IMG/VR virus record: IMGVR_UViG_3300029305_001596
Location: 1 to 42,547 of that record
DNA from: a virus
Reading direction: 5' to 3' (one strand)
Length of the DNA: 42,547 nucleotides
A model generated the notes under the pieces. It worked only from the letters and a program-made list of their open reading frames with translations. It was not told the origin of the DNA and did not search any database. The translations under genes and the position numbers were made by a program. Below, piece after piece: positions 40,598 through 42,547 of the stretch. Every line of letters starts with the position of its first letter. The first letter of the stretch is position 1.

Positions 40598-41386
40598 TCA
40601 TATCGTTGCCGTGGCATGCTTCTTTGCGCTTTCAAGGTGGATCACCGGGTTGCTCACGCTCGCAGGTTTGTATGCCTGTGCCTGCCCATAACCGCCGTAA
40701 TTCAGCGCAGCAGCCGTGTTTACAAACAGTTTCTCCACCATCTTTGCGCAGCAGTTGCTGGCGTCGGTGCGGTAGTAGCTTTCCTTGAATACCATTGGCA
40801 GATGCGTATGCCCGTGGATGTAGATGTCCGCATCCACAATGCCGTTCAGGTCAGCCAGACGGTTGGCCTTTCCGCCTTCCTTCCTGCCACCTCCGCTTCC
40901 GTGGGTCACATACAGGCTGTACCACTGCTTCGGGTTCTTGTCCCTGTGGTAGTGGCCGCTGGTTCGTGTCCCAAAACGCAAAAAGACAAGCACACCATCA
41001 GGGTGATACTTGTCTTCCACACCAAGTTCTCTGCATACCAGCCGCATCGTGTCTATGCCGTCCGTTCGGTAGATCCTTGCCTCATGGTTGCCGCAGCACG
41101 CCGCGATGACCTTTTCCTTCACAGGCTTCAGCGCAGTCACAGCCGCATTGATCTGCTGCATGGGGGAAAGCTGCTCGCTGTACAGGTCGCTGGGGCTTGC
41201 CTTGGTCGCAGTGTTCATGATATCGCCGTTCAGCACCACCACGCCGTATGGGTCATTTGCAGCCTGCTCAATCCGCTGTGCAATAATGTCAGTTGCTGAA
41301 TGCTCGTCGCCTATGTGCAGGTCGCTCAGGCAGTACACATTGCACCGTTCCCAATTCACGGGAAAATCAGCTCTCACACTGTGCAT
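40598..41386 (-). CDS. Calcineurin-like metallophosphoesterase (262 aa)
   Basis: Motifs DLHIGD, NGDIM, GNHE, GHTH in canonical order. ATG 41386 shares one base with the upstream stop. Confidence 0.85.
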   Translation of the reverse strand: MHSVRADFPVNWERCNVYCLSDLHIGDEHSATDIIAQRIEQAANDPYGVVVLNGDIMNTATKASPSDLYSEQLSPMQQINAAVTALKPVKEKVIAACCGNHEARIYRTDGIDTMRLVCRELGVEDKYHPDGVLVFLRFGTRTSGHYHRDKNPKQWYSLYVTHGSGGGRKEGGKANRLADLNGIVDADIYIHGHTHLPMVFKESYYRTDASNCCAKMVEKLFVNTAAALNYGGYGQAQAYKPASVSNPVIHLESAKKHATATI

Positions 41387-41712
41387 CAGTTCACCCCGAT
41401 CCTGCTCAGAAGAAAACCAACGCATGCAGCCAAAACCACCTTCGCCACCTCACGGGTGTAGTATTTCCACTTCTCGGCAGGCTCCGCTTTCAGCTCGTCA
41501 ATGTCCTTGGCCATGCTGTCCACCTTGCGGTTCAGGCTCTGCTGCCCGTGCATCACATCGCGCAAACTCAGCGCCAGCTCCTGCACTGCATCCAGCAGTT
41601 TTTTCTGCTCCTTCTGCTGCGCGTACAGGGTCTTAATATTCTCCTCGTTGGCGCTCACGCGGCCTGTCAGCTCTGCAATCTCGCGCTCCTGTTTCAGCAT
41701 CTCGTGTTCCAT
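41386..41712 (-). CDS. XhlA-like lysis-associated protein: coiled coil plus C-terminal TM (108 aa)
   Basis: Heptad N-terminus, then KWKYYTREVAKVVLAACVGFLLSRIG. Lies immediately downstream of the endolysin. Confidence 0.55.
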   Translation of the reverse strand: MEHEMLKQEREIAELTGRVSANEENIKTLYAQQKEQKKLLDAVQELALSLRDVMHGQQSLNRKVDSMAKDIDELKAEPAEKWKYYTREVAKVVLAACVGFLLSRIGVN

Positions 41713-42524
41713 TATCCTTCACCGCCTTTCACCAGCATAAGGATCTCGTCCAGCTTGGCCAGCACCTTGTCTTCAAAGCTCATGGGGTCTCCATTGCCAT
41801 TGTCGGTAGGTTCAGCCATGCCAATCACGCGCAGGAACTTGGTCTGCATAAAGCCGTACTTGCCGTTCCACTGTACCGTCGCCCAGTCATTCGTGCGCTC
41901 ACGAACGATCACCTCAGCGCCAAAAGGTACCTTGACCACCGTGTTGTAGCCTGCGTCGGTTGCAGGGGTGCTGCGCATGCGCACCGGCTCGCGGTCTTCG
42001 CTGTACACTACCGCCAGCTCAGGCAACGACGCTTCGCCAGTAAAATCGTCATCCCGCTGGTCTTCATACTCCACATCTGCCGCTTCTCCACAATACGTCC
42101 AGCTATTCAGGCTGGTATCGTAATCAATACCGTCCACGCCATCTGTCTGCGTGCAGTGGGTGATCACCAGCGAATCAACGCTCGTTACAACGCCAACGTG
42201 GTAGTAATCAAGCAGCGTGCTGGCAAAATACCTTCCACCCTGTTTGTATCGCTCATGAAGGTCATATCCGGTGCTTCCCTCGTCCCTTGTTTTGTACACA
42301 AGGTTGCCAAGCTCAACAGCCGTGTCCTTGCGGATGGGCGCAAGCTCTGCCATTTCAAACCGCGCAAAGTAGTTGGTGCTGTGCATGGGGTATTCCCTGC
42401 CCAGCGCACCCATGATCAACCCGATGCAGTCGCAGGTGCCGTCGCTGCCGTCGCCGCCTGTGCGGTAGGTTGGGTTGCTTTCGGCAATTCTGCGCACGTT
42501 CTCCACAAACCGGGTCACGTTCAT
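41712..42524 (-). CDS. Endolysin: NlpC/P60-type cysteine peptidase plus C-terminal SH3b domain (270 aa; ATG 42542 alternative)
   Basis: GSDGTCDCIGLIMGALG (Cys nucleophile context) and YYHVGVV. C-terminal VRMRSTPATDAGYNTVVKVPFGAEVIVRERTNDWATVQWNGKYGFMQTKFL is SH3-like. Confidence 0.8.
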   Translation of the reverse strand: MNVTRFVENVRRIAESNPTYRTGGDGSDGTCDCIGLIMGALGREYPMHSTNYFARFEMAELAPIRKDTAVELGNLVYKTRDEGSTGYDLHERYKQGGRYFASTLLDYYHVGVVTSVDSLVITHCTQTDGVDGIDYDTSLNSWTYCGEAADVEYEDQRDDDFTGEASLPELAVVYSEDREPVRMRSTPATDAGYNTVVKVPFGAEVIVRERTNDWATVQWNGKYGFMQTKFLRVIGMAEPTDNGNGDPMSFEDKVLAKLDEILMLVKGGEG

Positions 42525-42547
42525 ACGTTCACACGCTCCCATCCATC
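42421..42547. repeat. Terminal overlap identical to 1-127
   Basis: Read directly. Confidence 0.95.

Larger units (their letters stand above)
1..42420. mobile_element. Complete circular temperate phage / excised prophage genome (unique length 42,420 bp), podovirus-like
   Basis: 1-127 identical to 42421-42547. Full set of packaging, head, tail-fibre, lysis, replication, CI/Cro switch, integrase and attP functions. No tail tube, sheath or tape-measure ORF recognised. Confidence 0.85.

Overview
This window is one complete, circularly closed genome: bases 1-127 are identical to 42421-42547, giving a unique length of 42,420 bp. It is a temperate dsDNA phage or excised prophage, probably of a high-GC Gram-positive (Clostridia-like) host. 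About 39 kb is read on the minus strand as one early-to-late series. It starts with a Cro-like switch gene at 22.4 kb and the early genes: a pentapeptide-repeat protein, HTH and Xis-like proteins, and many small Cys-rich ORFs. Next comes recombination and replication: a Rad52-like annealing protein, two tRNAs, an HNH-like protein, SSB, a replisome organiser with internal iterons, DnaB and an Hjc-like resolvase. These are followed by a C5 DNA methyltransferase, a MazG-like gene interrupted by an in-frame TAG, an ArpU/RinA-like late activator, a terminator and the late leader. The late genes are TerS, TerL, scaffold, an N4-gp56-like major capsid protein, adaptor, portal, tail proteins and tail fibre. 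Across the circular junction lie the endolysin, an XhlA-like protein, a metallophosphoesterase, fibre-like proteins, a holin, a 297-aa coiled-coil protein and a 3,028-aa giant polyvalent-type protein (21% of the genome). After a double terminator there is an insulated five-gene accessory operon, its own terminator, and attP (the 3' half of a tRNA-Pro(CGG)). The plus strand carries only the lysogeny module: a CI-like repressor, three cargo genes and a tyrosine integrase. No tail tube, sheath or tape measure was recognised, so a podovirus-like virion is inferred. The most noteworthy observations are the giant ORF, the insulated accessory operon, a perfect Cheo-type LexA box inside a consensus promoter that drives a tiny acidic ORF antisense to the repressor gene, a 375-bp inverted-repeat-bounded promoter cassette (inverton-like) next to the switch, and the amber-interrupted MazG. 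All functional calls come from motif recognition by eye; no database search or computation was possible.
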